This document shows, piece by piece, positions 38,355-49,802 of a stretch of 64,000 bases of DNA. Source of the DNA: Toensbergia leucococca (taxonomy: Eukaryota). How positions within the stretch are numbered: the first letter of the stretch is position 1; every line of letters begins with the position of its first letter. The translations under genes were made by a program, and so were the position numbers. The notes under the pieces were generated by a model that was not told the origin of the DNA, made no database searches, and was given only the letters and a program-made list of their open reading frames with translations. Location of the stretch: positions 62,001 to 126,000 of the forward strand of contig JALDZS010000036.1 in assembly GCA_022813965.1 (NCBI GenBank), written 5' to 3'.

Positions 38355-40341
38355 ATTGGAGGTCTAGAGATGAGGATCAAGGATGGGCGTAGCCAGGGGA
38401 GGCAATACCGAAGTTAGGCTGTTCGGAGCGCTAAGATTAGGAGCGAGTGTGTAGTGACAATAGATTTGGCAAAGTGAAAAGTGTGGAGATGGAAGATACA
38501 AATATAAGTGAAGTCTGGTGTGAAACACAGCCCACAACCTGTAAAGACGCGCATGCAACCAAACCTCCTTGGCATTGGTGGAAGCAGCCATTGACGTGTT
38601 CCTGCGCATGGCAAAGTAGCAGGCCTGGTACAATGAAAGGGCCAGGACAGTAACTAGGAGTAATTTGTCCGATGTAACTGGAAGGATTTGTGTGTTGCAC
38701 TCGCTGAGGCGGTGATGTGACTCGGTTTACCAGCCTCAGCCCTAACCAGTGCGTCATATCTAAGGTATCTATCAATTTACCGACGATCTGAAACATGAAC
38801 TAGCTACTTGCGGCAGGCCTTGCGATACGATTTAACAGCTAATCTGTACACCTCCTCGTCCAGCTCGTACTGTACGAGCCGTGCACTTTAAGGAGACTTC
38901 TGATGCCAACACGACAGAGGCAAGTATTGATTGGTACACGTGTGGCACGCCCCAGTCTTCCGTCTTTGCAAGGATCTGATTAATCTAAGAACAATATCCA
39001 ATTATCTTCCTCATTCCATCAATGTCAGGGAGTGAAGTCCGGTTCGTCAATGTTACGGGAAGAAGAACAACCACTCTTACTGTTTACCGAGAAAATCTAG
39101 TGAGAATCATATGGTCCATCTGCAGTAAGATTTACGGCGGTAAGAAGTAACAGAGCGGAGACCAGGCGAGCATAACATACTTCTACGCGTAGTAGGTGAT
39201 ATACGAAGCCCGAGGCTTTGCCAACATACTTTGCAATTTCAGGCCAGATACCGGCAGTCGGTCAAGCCCGTCCAAAGCCTGCAAGATGTATCTTGCTGCG
39301 TTTGCGTTTTATAAATAGATGTCCATACTGATAAATTCCGCAGTAATCGGCTCTCCAAAGGGGAGAGCTGTTTATCGATCTAAAGATCTAGTTTCTTTGG
39401 TGCAGCTCGGCGTCTACTTCACGAGATTGAATCGACAGTTCAAGTAGGTCAATAAGCTGTCGAAATGCTACGATCTGCTCTAATTATCTTAAAGAATCTA
39501 CTTACTCATTCAGAGACAGACGATACACGGTTCTTGTTAGTACAGTCCATTGATCCATCCTCGCTACTATTGTCACTGTGGTTCCCTGAACTAAGCGTTG
39601 GACTTGATTGAACTTTTCCAGTCGTTTGTCCATAGGCTGTTTACATTGAAGCAATTTCGAATCAAGCTGGGGCTTTTTTCACCTCATGTGTCATTGTCAT
39701 AAAAAGTAGTGAGACCTCGTGTGCTATGAAAAAGCACATGAAGATGCGAGGCCGATGATATACAACTCAATTCACTCAGAACGAAGATCATATTGCCAGT
39801 TGAGCGTCCGTGGACTAGAGAATAAGTCTGAAATGCACTCAACATTGCTGAGAGGCAGGCCATTATAAACACGTCGCGTAGTCTCTTCCCTATTGATTCC
39901 TTGCCCCTTCCAATGGGTGAAATGCGATAACAATAGACTTAATAGACTTCCCTTTTCTATACGTTTTCTAAAAAGCTATATCATGAGCAACGATTTTTTG
40001 AGTATGTCCATACATGTTGATGCAATTGGATTGAAAGGTTGCTACATTATGGCCGTAAATTACTTTGATGTAATCATATGTGCTGTGACTGTACTCCCTT
40101 GCCATCTTTTACTGAAACGTGACCCTTTGGTTCATTCTTGTAGCACTTCCAAAGTCTGAGGTTAGATTTAGTAGTGTTATTATTGACAGTATTTTATCGG
40201 GTTCTATTGGGTTAGGGCTAAATACAAAAGTTCAAGGCTCCTTAATGCTCCTTTTGACTTCTAGTCTGTGCCAAAGGGATAATATTCGGTGGTTCATCCA
40301 ACATTAGGCGTAAAAGCATGCCTCCAGGTCAGGCTTCAGTA

Positions 40342-42592
40342 CCGTATAATCTGTCATATAAGATACTAATCCTTTACTTAGTTCATCGTCTGAAGTCCAA
40401 TTGGAACCATATCTTATACTCCCGTAGTATCCTTTAGACAAAACCATGTCTTATACTCGGTCCTCGGGCAAGATCTGACGTGAGAATCAATACATTCACT
40501 TGAGAAAATCATCATACTCGCTACCATCCTCTCTAACACATCCCCGCCTCATCTTTACACATCTCATCTGTACACATCTATCTAGTCATGGCCCCCCCTC
40601 ATACTCCCTCAAAGGGACAGATCAGATCAACAGAGCTTCATTCCCCTACTAAGGATAAGGATTCTCGTCGTCATCATCCTGGGCCCCTTCCCATCAACAT
40701 CATGACTAGAAGTGTTAAATCTTCTCGTTCTCATCCTCATATCTCTTCTGTAGCTTCTCTTGTTGAAGCTCAGGATGTCACTTCCTTTGTCTCTTCCTCT
40801 CAACAAGAGTCTCAATCATCAACATTCTCATCATTTCAGAATGACAGTGATGAGGAGGAAAAGATCAGAGTCTCTTACACCCGGGAACAAAAGCTAGCCG
40901 CTATCACCTATTTTCTTACAACTACAAAGCCTGATAAACACAACGTTATGAAGCCTATCACCAAGTATGAAGCCGCTAAGAACCTGAGAATAACATCAAC
41001 CATGCTGGGAAAATGGATAAAAAATCAGAAAGAGGTGGAGAATCTGACAAAGGGAACAAGGAAGGATAGAAGAAACATACCTGCTAAGGAGCCAGAAATG
41101 AAAAGGATCCTTAACACAGCATTCTTATCTCGTCGGGAGGAGGGCTGTATTATCAGACGTCAATGGTTTCTTAGAAATGCTAGGCTTACATACGCATCAT
41201 TGCATCCAGATAAAGTCAGCAAAGACAGTGCAGGGAAACTCACTTACAATGAGTTCAAATTCTCTAGTGGATGATTCAATGACTTCCGTCGTCGGTATGA
41301 GATCTCTATTAGAGCTACAACCAAAAAGGCTCAGGCTATTCCGGAGGATTTTCGTGAAAAGATTGTATCATGGCTACAATTCAACTGTCGCAATTCTCAG
41401 CCGTTACCTTCTACATTTACACTCGCTCCCAAAGATGATAGCATAATGATAGGAAGATTCAGACTTTGTGACATCACAAATATGGATCAAACACCTATAG
41501 CATATGAATTTTTGGATGCAAGAACGTATGCTAGAAAGGGAGATAAGACTGTATGAACAAAGACAGCTAGAAGTGAATGAGACAAGAGACAGACCACATT
41601 ACAAATCCTTGTACATGCTGATGAGGTTGCTAGAAGCAAACCTCTGTTGATATTCAGAGGGAAGGGATCTAATAACACAGCCTTAAGAAATGAGGCAAAG
41701 AAGTATGATCAAGGAGTTGTAGTTATGTGAAATGAGAAGGCATACGCAAATGAGAATACCACCGCTCAATGACTAAAACAACATTATCAGTATGCAACAA
41801 TAGGGCTTCCGAACAGAATAACACCCCGGCTGAGACTACTATCTCTTGATGTCTTTGCTCCTCAAAAGACTCAGTGTATCAAGGATCTTTACAAGTCAAT
41901 GAATGTCATCACTTCTTTCATTCCGGGAGGCTGTACCGGATTCATTCAGGTCTTAGATGTCACGATCAACAAGCCTCTGAAGGAACGGATCACTGAACTA
42001 GCTGATGAGCATTATGATAAGTATCATAAGAAGTATGCTTCCGGAAAGTACAGTGTAGGTGAAAGACGTGTGATGTTAACAGAATGAGTGAGTAAGGCTT
42101 GAAGGGAACTGCATAGAGATAAAGCAGACTTGATACGCAAAACCTTCAGACAAGTAGGACTTTCCCTAGCTGTGGATGGGAGCGAGGATAAGGAGTTATG
42201 GATCAAGGATATACCAGATATTCAGGTGAGGGACTGGACTAGAAAACCTGAAGAAACAACCAATCTTGACTCAGTGGATGAAAATAAGGAGGAAGGAGAG
42301 GAGAAAGGGAAGGAGGGGGAGGAGGAGGAGGAGGTTCAGGTATTTGACACTGACGATGAGAATGACGACGAGGATGACGATGAGGATGATGATGAGGATG
42401 ATGATGAGGAGGTGGAATACATACCTGAGACCCCCCCTCATATATAGACCCCCCCCATATGTAGATAATATCTTACTAGATATTATCTTATAGACCAAAA
42501 GTCCCTCGGTCTGTTAGAATCAATTTGGAACCATATCTTATAGCGACGTATGTCTTGTAAACCGACCATGTCTTATATGACAGATTATACGG
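40342..42592 (+). mobile_element. Full-length pogo-type (Tc1/mariner superfamily, DD35D) DNA transposon, 2251 bp
   Basis: Perfect 22-bp TIRs CCGTATAATCTGTCATATAAGA (40342-40363) and TCTTATATGACAGATTATACGG (42571-42592); TA on both flanks (40340-41, 42593-94); internal transposase. Confidence 0.96.
40588..42447 (+). pseudogene. Pogo-family transposase (HTH + CENP-B-like HTH + DDE_1), 619 codons, interrupted by 7 in-frame TGA
   Basis: One reading frame with no frameshift: SYTREQKLAAI, FKFSSG*FNDFRRRY, NMDQTP, LSLDVF-(35 aa)-QVLD, acidic tail. TGA at 41272, 41554, 41578, 41728, 41770, 42085 and 42100. Confidence 0.93.
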
Positions 42593-42886
42593 TACTAGAC
42601 TTCGGAAAAGGCCACTATCGCTTGAGCTGAAGGAGAGAATGTGATGATGAAACAGGCCATGTGCTTGGTTGAGAATTAATTCATGTCTCATCTGAGTAAT
42701 TTTATCTCATACCGAGGTACCTTACGGTAACCCTTCAATTCCGCTGATTGGCCGTCGAAGCGAATATTAGAAGTGATCCAATCAACAATGTGAAACCAAT
42801 CTCCAATGTACGGATAGCCAAATGCCGAAAACTCACCTAATCATAACGTCTTGGCTGTTCGACGACATTTGTCCATTAACGACAAC

Positions 42887-43486
42887 ATGATGGACAGCAA
42901 GTATGAACACGCCATCAGGCTCATTGACGAAGCGCATGCTGAAGATCCCAAGATCATCACCATCAACGGCATAGATCTCCCCTACGAGCTTCATTATAGT
43001 CGAAAAATGACCACTTACCTAGAGAAACGTGATCCTACCGCTCCAGATACTCTCCGCTTGGCTGTTCGTGCCCAGCATCTGAAGCGCTGGGAGATCCCAC
43101 GAGACTCATATGCAATGGACAAGAAAGGCTATCATTCGTGGCGAACCTATCTCAAAAAACGGCAAGCCGATCTAGCTTCTCAGATCTGCCTAGACTGCGG
43201 GTATTCAGGCGAAGATGCAAATAGAGTAGCCTCCTTAATTCGAAAGGAGAATCTGAAAAAAGATGATGAGACGCAGATACTTGAAGACGTGGCTTGTCTG
43301 GTCTTCCTCGATGACCAGTTCGAAGAATTTGAGAAGCAACATGACGAAGAGAAAATAGTGACGATCTTAAGGAAAACATGGGGAAAGATGTCTGAGCAAG
43401 GCCATGAGCTCGCATTGGAGATATCGATGTCTGATCGTGCAAAGGGCCTTGTCTCGAAAGCTCTATCCACTGATTTACAAGGCTAG
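42887..43486 (+). CDS. DUF4202 family protein
   Basis: Intronless; IDEAHAEDP, PYELHYSRKMT, LRLAVRAQHLKRWEIPRDSY...GYHSWR, QILEDVACLVFLDDQF and ILRKTWGKMS. Confidence 0.85.
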   Translation: MMDSKYEHAIRLIDEAHAEDPKIITINGIDLPYELHYSRKMTTYLEKRDPTAPDTLRLAVRAQHLKRWEIPRDSYAMDKKGYHSWRTYLKKRQADLASQICLDCGYSGEDANRVASLIRKENLKKDDETQILEDVACLVFLDDQFEEFEKQHDEEKIVTILRKTWGKMSEQGHELALEISMSDRAKGLVSKALSTDLQG

Positions 43487-44301
43487 CACGCCTCCCTCGC
43501 CAAGTACTTCATATGGCGGTTCTGCAAAATGCATTGAGTGCAGGGCCCATGTCATGAGCTGCTTAGAGATATGCCACGGTGTGGAGTTGGCATTCTTCGA
43601 CCTCATGACGAACACTTCCCTATTGGATATAAAATGTAGCACTCTGCTTCTCTCATGGAGCACATAGATACTCGGAAAGAGACAGAGAACTTCCTGGATG
43701 CAGTTACAGACCTGAATAGGCCAGAAGAGGCCAGAAGAGGCCAGAAAATGTATGAAAGTCACTATCGAGTGATGAACCTGGGTTCATGACAAGTGTACCA
43801 AGCGTGACAGGGGCGATGCTATCATAGCCATCTTTTTCGGGGAGTTTGCGGAAGATCGAATGATGGAAAGATATCTTTAGCTTATGTCGAACCAAACAAT
43901 GGAGAAGGCAGAATTCCGGCACTGGTGGATATCAGAACGGTAGGGGCGTTTCCAACTAACCAATAGATATGAATCAGAAATATTTGGAAAAGCTGAGTCG
44001 TTGTACGGTCGAAGCTTCCGTGCCCATTTTCCGTTTCATACATTCCGCAAAGGTAAGCTTCGCTCAAGCGAGTCGACTGCGCTACGGGGCATAAAAGAAT
44101 GCTAGCCCTAAGAAGAAAGAATTCATCCAATCTCATATCTATAAAGCTGCCGGATCGATCTACAACATGTGCTCGAGTTATCGTTGAATTTTCCAATAGA
44201 TTGGAGGTGACTTTTGTCTTCATCTCAAGACTTCTCGGAGTGCTTGCAATCTACATAAAAGTAAGTCTCAAGAGCCGGAAAACTTGTCTGTTCCTACCAC
44301 T

Positions 44302-45331
44302 TCAACGGTCGACGGCACGAACCAGCCCGACTGCAGCACCTGCGGCAGCGCCTCCAGCGAGGACCATCAGTAGACCTCCCTTCATACAGGCCACAGCTTT
44401 TCCTTGCCCACGCCACCCACTGACTACTCCCGTCTTCACCCATCCGAACCCGAACAATGCAATCGCCATTATTCCTATGCTCCACCATAGGGCTATCAAT
44501 ACCTCGTGACGCTTGACACAAAAATAGGGAATCAGGGGTACTAGCCCTCCTCCAAAATATGCCACCGCTATGGTTGCGGTAGAGACAAAGAGTCGCGAGT
44601 GTGCAGGCTGGGGCATCTGATAGTGAAAATGCATGAGGAATTTTAGTAACATTTCAGGCGATTCGTGGAAATGACCGGAAATGCTGCTGATTATGGAATT
44701 TGGAAAACCATAGGGACTGAAGGTGTCATTGATAAGCGAATCAGCTCGAAGTGGTGACTGTTGGACCATGTGTCGTGTCTCTGTGGCTTTGGCTACATAA
44801 GAATCTCTAATACCGCTCAGCAGGAATTTTTCTTTAATGGGGGCAATGTGTTTGATTACGCTTCGCTCTTGGCACCCATCATTCCACCAAGACCCATTGA
44901 GATAGCACCAGAAATCAGCTCTGCGAGCCCACCAAGAATGACCAAACGAGTATCGCCGAGTGAAGAGAGGCCGGCGGTCAGGGCGAACGGAACCGTCAAA
45001 CCATCAGAGAGGCCCAGGATGGCCTCGGATATCATGCGTGGGCTGGGCTTGAACCGTTGATGATCATTATGAAGCTCGTTCTGCGCTTCTAGATCGACGC
45101 TGGGTCCGCTGTCTATGTTACTCACGATGTCGGATCGGAGCTCTATGCCTGGACGATGATGAGTACTCCCTTTGCCTATCTCAGGATATGGCAGGAACTT
45201 ATCAATCCGCCGTTCATACCTTGGTCTAACTCGTTATGATTCGATCCATGTTTGTTTCTAGTCGGCGGTCTTGGACGAGTCACCCATGCAAAGAACCAAA
45301 CCACCAGGGTTTTGAGGAGAACGAATGACAT
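44302..45331 (-). CDS. VIT1/CCC1 family vacuolar Fe/Mn transporter, 3 exons
   Basis: SEAILGLSDGLTVPFALTAGLSSLG, GGLAELISGAISMGLGG, YFGGGLVPLIPY and ALFGFGWVK. First exon inferred from ATG 45331 and a GTATGA donor. Confidence 0.9.
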
Positions 45332-46217
45332 GCCGACTTTTATGTTAACGAAGAGTCTTTATGAAATGGTATGGAGAAGGTATTTGGATGTTCGTATGAT
45401 GTTGAAGGTGCTTGTCATAGAATGAGAATTTGGTGGCACAATGCATAAGGCGTCAGAGTCGCCTGTCACGAATTGCAGAATCAACCAATCAGCAGAGCGC
45501 GAATATAAGCAATGCGTCCCTTCGCTTTTGGCTACGGTTTGTTCTACAGTTCTAACATTATCTTACAATGGGTATTCAATTCTTCGGACAGTGTGCACTC
45601 AGCTTAGGAGGCACCAGAGGCCAAGACGCTTGCGCACAGCTGTTACACTTGCACGCGACGAGGTCCAGGCACTTAGCAATGCGGTTCTCCGTGCTTAAGA
45701 TGCGCAGGCCTACATCGCATTCGCCTTTCCTCGGCATGGTTTAGCAAAGGCCTTAAAGTTATCTACCTCGAGTGAAATCACACGATCGTGCAGGATCACT
45801 GTGCATCATGAGTTTGACACGGTACGAGCCGTCGGCAATCAGATTGTAGGAGGTCAGGGGACGATCATACTTCCCTCTGAACGACTACCAGTACTCGCTA
45901 TAGCACTTGTCTACGTCTCCTGGGAACTGCTGGCATAATTCATGATGGTTTTCAAGCTTTTATAGATTGAACCAATCATGCATAGCCAGTCTTTGTGCTA
46001 CTAAAACAGATTCCACTTGAGGCTTAAAGGATACCGTAGTAGCTCCATGCAATACCAAAGTTCTTGGCTCCATGATATCTCATCTCATGCCGTATCACAG
46101 TAGTATCATACCAGCAAACTCTAGCTCATCAAGTGTCATTCAGTGCTTCCACCATTTCACTACTTCCTTGAATCATTCTCTGTCCCCAGATTTCGGTGAA
46201 CTCAACGCCCATCCTCC

Positions 46218-46472
46218 TTAGGCACCTCCTTCTCTCTTGGCATACTCATCCTCCATCCTTTCCTCATACAGCTTATCCGCCGCCTCCTCCACCTCAGACT
46301 TGGTATGCTGTGCCGCCGAACTTCCGCTCGAAGCACCAGCGTCCGTTACTGAGGACGATGCTTCGCTGACTCCTGATTTTGGTTCCGTTGATGTTTCGTT
46401 GGTGGTGGCGGGGAGAATGCCAGAATTCGAAGGTTTCTCGGAGCTGATGGTCTCGGTCATGGGAAGAGGCAT
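46218..46472 (-). CDS. Small acidic hypothetical protein (84 aa) with conserved-type fungal C-terminus
   Basis: Ends in EEAADKLYEERMEDEYAKREGGA, a motif I recognise from small fungal hypothetical proteins; head-to-head with RAD10. Confidence 0.7.
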   Translation of the reverse strand: MPLPMTETISSEKPSNSGILPATTNETSTEPKSGVSEASSSVTDAGASSGSSAAQHTKSEVEEAADKLYEERMEDEYAKREGGA

Positions 46473-46696
46473 TCTGAACTTAGTGAGGGTGCTTGCAATC
46501 TTCTGATGTATCTGCTTGTGTTTTTTGAATCAGAAGCGCGGGAGGTATGAAGTGATTCTTCCGTTACTACAGAAGGTAAGGTAGTATCGATAACATGATC
46601 GATCGAGGCCCGACGTCATCGCTTGAATTGGAATTTGGCGAGCTTCACTCTCAATCTATCCAACGTGCCAACCTGACTTTGAACCATACGGTCTTC

Positions 46697-47908
46697 ATGG
46701 AAGACGATTTTGGTGCCGACGTTGATTTCTCTGCCGCCGTGGAAGCAGTAGAACGGGGCTCCGGGTTTAGAGGCTCTCTCACAAATGTAAATGGCCGGGG
46801 TGCATCCAGTAACCCCCCAAAAGTGGTGCAACCAAAGCCCCAGGCGTTGCCTAGTCGTGCAGCCCCTTCTTCCATTTTAGTCTCAGCACGGCAAAAAGGC
46901 AATCCAATTCTTAATAACATCCGATCCCTGCCATGGGAGTACTCAGACATTCCCGCTGACTATGTTCTTGGCAACACTACGTGTGCTCTTTTTCTAAGTC
47001 TCAAGTACCACCGCCTTCATCCCGAGTATATATATTCTCGAATCCGAGCATTGGGCGGAAAGTACAACTTACGAGTTCTTTTGACTATGGTCGATATCCA
47101 AAATCATGAAGAGTCACTGAAGGAGCTATCCAAGACATCACTGATCAATAACCTTACTCTCATTCTCTGCTGGTCGGCCCAGGAAGCAGGACGTTATCTT
47201 GAGCTGTACAAGTCTTACGAGAATGCTTCACCTACATCTATCCGTGCTCATCAATCGACTTCATATTCCGAGAAGTTGGTAGAATTTATAACAGTGCCAA
47301 GGAGTATCAATAAGACTGATGCAGTGGGTCTCGTATCGACATTTGGTAGTATTAGAGCCGCTGTGAATGCCAGACCCGAAGAAATTGGAACGATTGCTGG
47401 ATGGGGAGAGAAGAAGGTTCAAAGCTGGTGTGGCACGGTGTTGGAGGACTTCAGGGTGAGGAAAGCTGCGAAGAGAGGGCCTGGCCTTGAGAGAGCAAAT
47501 AGCTCTAGGGTGCTTACAAAGGAAGATAGTCTGTTCGAAGATGATGCAGCTGGAACGGGCGAAACAGCAAGTTCTGAGCATCTAGCGACGAGACTGGTCG
47601 GAGTAGTACCCGATACAGGGGCTTCTGGCTCAAATAATGCTCCGAATAATGCTCCGCCGGATTCACAGAAGAGGCAGCTGAAGAGGCCAGCAGCGGAGGT
47701 GCCACTGTGGGAACCTGGCGAGCATGAAGAAGATGCCCTGTTATTGGCTGCCGCCGAGGAAGAAGATATGCTTTTAAAAACCAACGATAAAGCCGAAGGT
47801 CTTCACGCGGTGGATGGTACACCAGCTGCTTCAAGTAAAGCTAATTCAGGGGAATTGGAATTGAATGAAGGAATGATGGCGGCTCTAGCTAAGCTGAGAA
47901 AAGAATGA
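46697..47908 (+). CDS. RAD10: ERCC1/Rad10/Swi10 NER endonuclease non-catalytic subunit
   Basis: SILVSARQKGNPIL, IPADYVLGNTTCALFLSLKYHRLHPEYIYSRI, WSAQEAGRYLELYK and HhH region INKTDAVGLVSTFGSI...GWGEKK. An upstream in-frame ATG at 46595 is possible. Confidence 0.95.
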   Translation: MEDDFGADVDFSAAVEAVERGSGFRGSLTNVNGRGASSNPPKVVQPKPQALPSRAAPSSILVSARQKGNPILNNIRSLPWEYSDIPADYVLGNTTCALFLSLKYHRLHPEYIYSRIRALGGKYNLRVLLTMVDIQNHEESLKELSKTSLINNLTLILCWSAQEAGRYLELYKSYENASPTSIRAHQSTSYSEKLVEFITVPRSINKTDAVGLVSTFGSIRAAVNARPEEIGTIAGWGEKKVQSWCGTVLEDFRVRKAAKRGPGLERANSSRVLTKEDSLFEDDAAGTGETASSEHLATRLVGVVPDTGASGSNNAPNNAPPDSQKRQLKRPAAEVPLWEPGEHEEDALLLAAAEEEDMLLKTNDKAEGLHAVDGTPAASSKANSGELELNEGMMAALAKLRKE

Positions 47909-48804
47909 AGTGTTTAATCCACACCTCCCTTTTATTGATGATGATAATGGTTTTTAACTCTGTAAGTGATTGTGCTGCTGAACAAGGGACACTGCGTGTG
48001 CCTGGCAGACGCCGGATTTCTGGTGGAAGAAACGTACGTGCTCACAAAAATAGCGTGGTTTGAGGGTATAGCATTATATTGGCGAATGTACAAAACATGT
48101 TTCAACACTGTCAAAGCTGTGAAGTTCAAAGATGCTAGATGTTCTTCAGATCGAATCCTCAACAATGGTATGAATTTAGCCATGACTTCTTTCGGCTCGC
48201 CTGGTGCTCGTATGTTCCTCGACAGGAATTCCGAAGATCTTCTATATCATACGCGTATAAGAGCATTTCTGTTCAATCAGAAAGCCAGAGATATTGTCAG
48301 TTGTTCACAAGGTCAACAGAATCTCTTTTGAAAGAAGCTAAATATCTCACATGCAAGAGATTCTGGTCTATGCGTTTTAATCTCAGGTTTGAGCAATATG
48401 GTAAAGACGAATGGGTCGTCAAACATGAAAGGGAAAAATGAAAGAGATAGAGAAAGAATAGGGGAGTACAATAAGGATATTGAAGAGTTGCACAAGCTGG
48501 CACCGCTATTAGAGTTGATGAGACATTGTCGGTTCAGCCATTAGTGATTGAAAAAGCGAATCCCTGGCACATCTTAATGCTGTGGTTGAATTGAAGGGCT
48601 ACTTATGTTAAGAATGGGACCATCACGTAATCTAAGGGCTAGACCCTACAAAGCCCTAACTTCAGTGCATAAGGTAGTCATCCACATCCCTCGATCTCTC
48701 CATGATTCCCATCCAAAAAAGAAAGGCTCTCGTCTTTGAGCCTGATTCCTCCTCCTCGAACAAGCATCAGCCCCTGCACTACCTTATTCACTGTAAAAGC
48801 CAAG

Positions 48805-49802
48805 ATGCCTTCGGCATTATTCGAGAACCTCGCCCTCCAAGGCTCGAAACAGCTTATCCCTGCATTCCTATATGGCACAGCGTGGAAAAAAGAGAAGAGT
48901 GCAGACTTGGTATACCAAGCATTGAATTGCGGTTTCACTGCCGTCGATACTGCCGCCCAGCCTAAGCACTACCAGGAAGATCTCGTGGGGGACGGCATAC
49001 GTCGAGCACTGAGTAAAGGGAAGGTCAAGAGACAGGACCTCTACGTACGCCAGTAACAAATCTAGAGAATATCATATACACTGCCGTTTACTAATTTGTG
49101 ACACTGCAGATCCAGACAAAGTTCACCTCAATCTCCGGCCAAGACATGAACCATCTACCTTACAATCCCGCGTCCAGCATTGAAGAGCAAGTTCATACTT
49201 CCATTGGCTCATCTTTAGAAAACCTCCGCTCTTCAGCGAAGACACCTGACCTAAACCTAAACTTTGTCGACTGCTTAGTCTTTCATTCCCCTCTGCCAAC
49301 ACTAGCTCAAACACTGGAGGCCTGGAGAACTGCTGAGACCTACGTTCCGCACAAAATTCGCCATCTTGGTATCTCCAATGTTTCTCTGCAGACTTTGAGC
49401 TCATTGTATGAAGCCGTCAATATAAAGCCGGCAGTGGTACAAAATCGCTTTTACCCAGATACACTTTACGATATCCATCTCCGCCGCCTCTGCGCCAGAC
49501 ACTCCATCATCTATCAATCTTTCTGGACACTGACGGCTAATCCGCAGCTTGTGTACGGCACAGAGGTGGGTCTGCTGAGCCATCAAGTGGGCCTGAGCCT
49601 GCAGGAAGCACTTTATTGCCTGGTTCTTGGGCTGGGGAATATTGTCATACTGAACGGGACTAAAAGCGAGAAGCATATGATTGGTGATTTTGAAGCTGTG
49701 AGCAAGACTCGAGCCTGGGCTTTAAAGTATCCTGATGACTGGGACCGGTTGCTGGCAGCCTTCAAGAAAATCGTTGGAGATGTTGATGATCCTATCGAAT
49801 GA
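48805..49802 (+). CDS. Aldo/keto reductase, 2 exons
   Basis: YGTAWKK, GFTAVDTAAQPKHYQEDLVG, LY|IQTKFT, DCLVFHSP, LGISN and VVQNRFY; intron 49045-49109. Confidence 0.92.

Noticed and set aside
40588..42447. TGA read as Trp (alternative genetic code or mitochondrial origin) making the transposase functional
   Set aside because: Neighbouring nuclear genes end in TGA (e.g. LEO1, SSD1, RAD10), and the same GG->GA change also appears to hit Gly codons, so hypermutation is the simpler explanation.
43719..43748. GGCCAGAAGA x3 repeat (and TTGCCGTCCCAAAG x2 near 50255-50287)
   Set aside because: Simple slippage duplications with no array or spacer structure.
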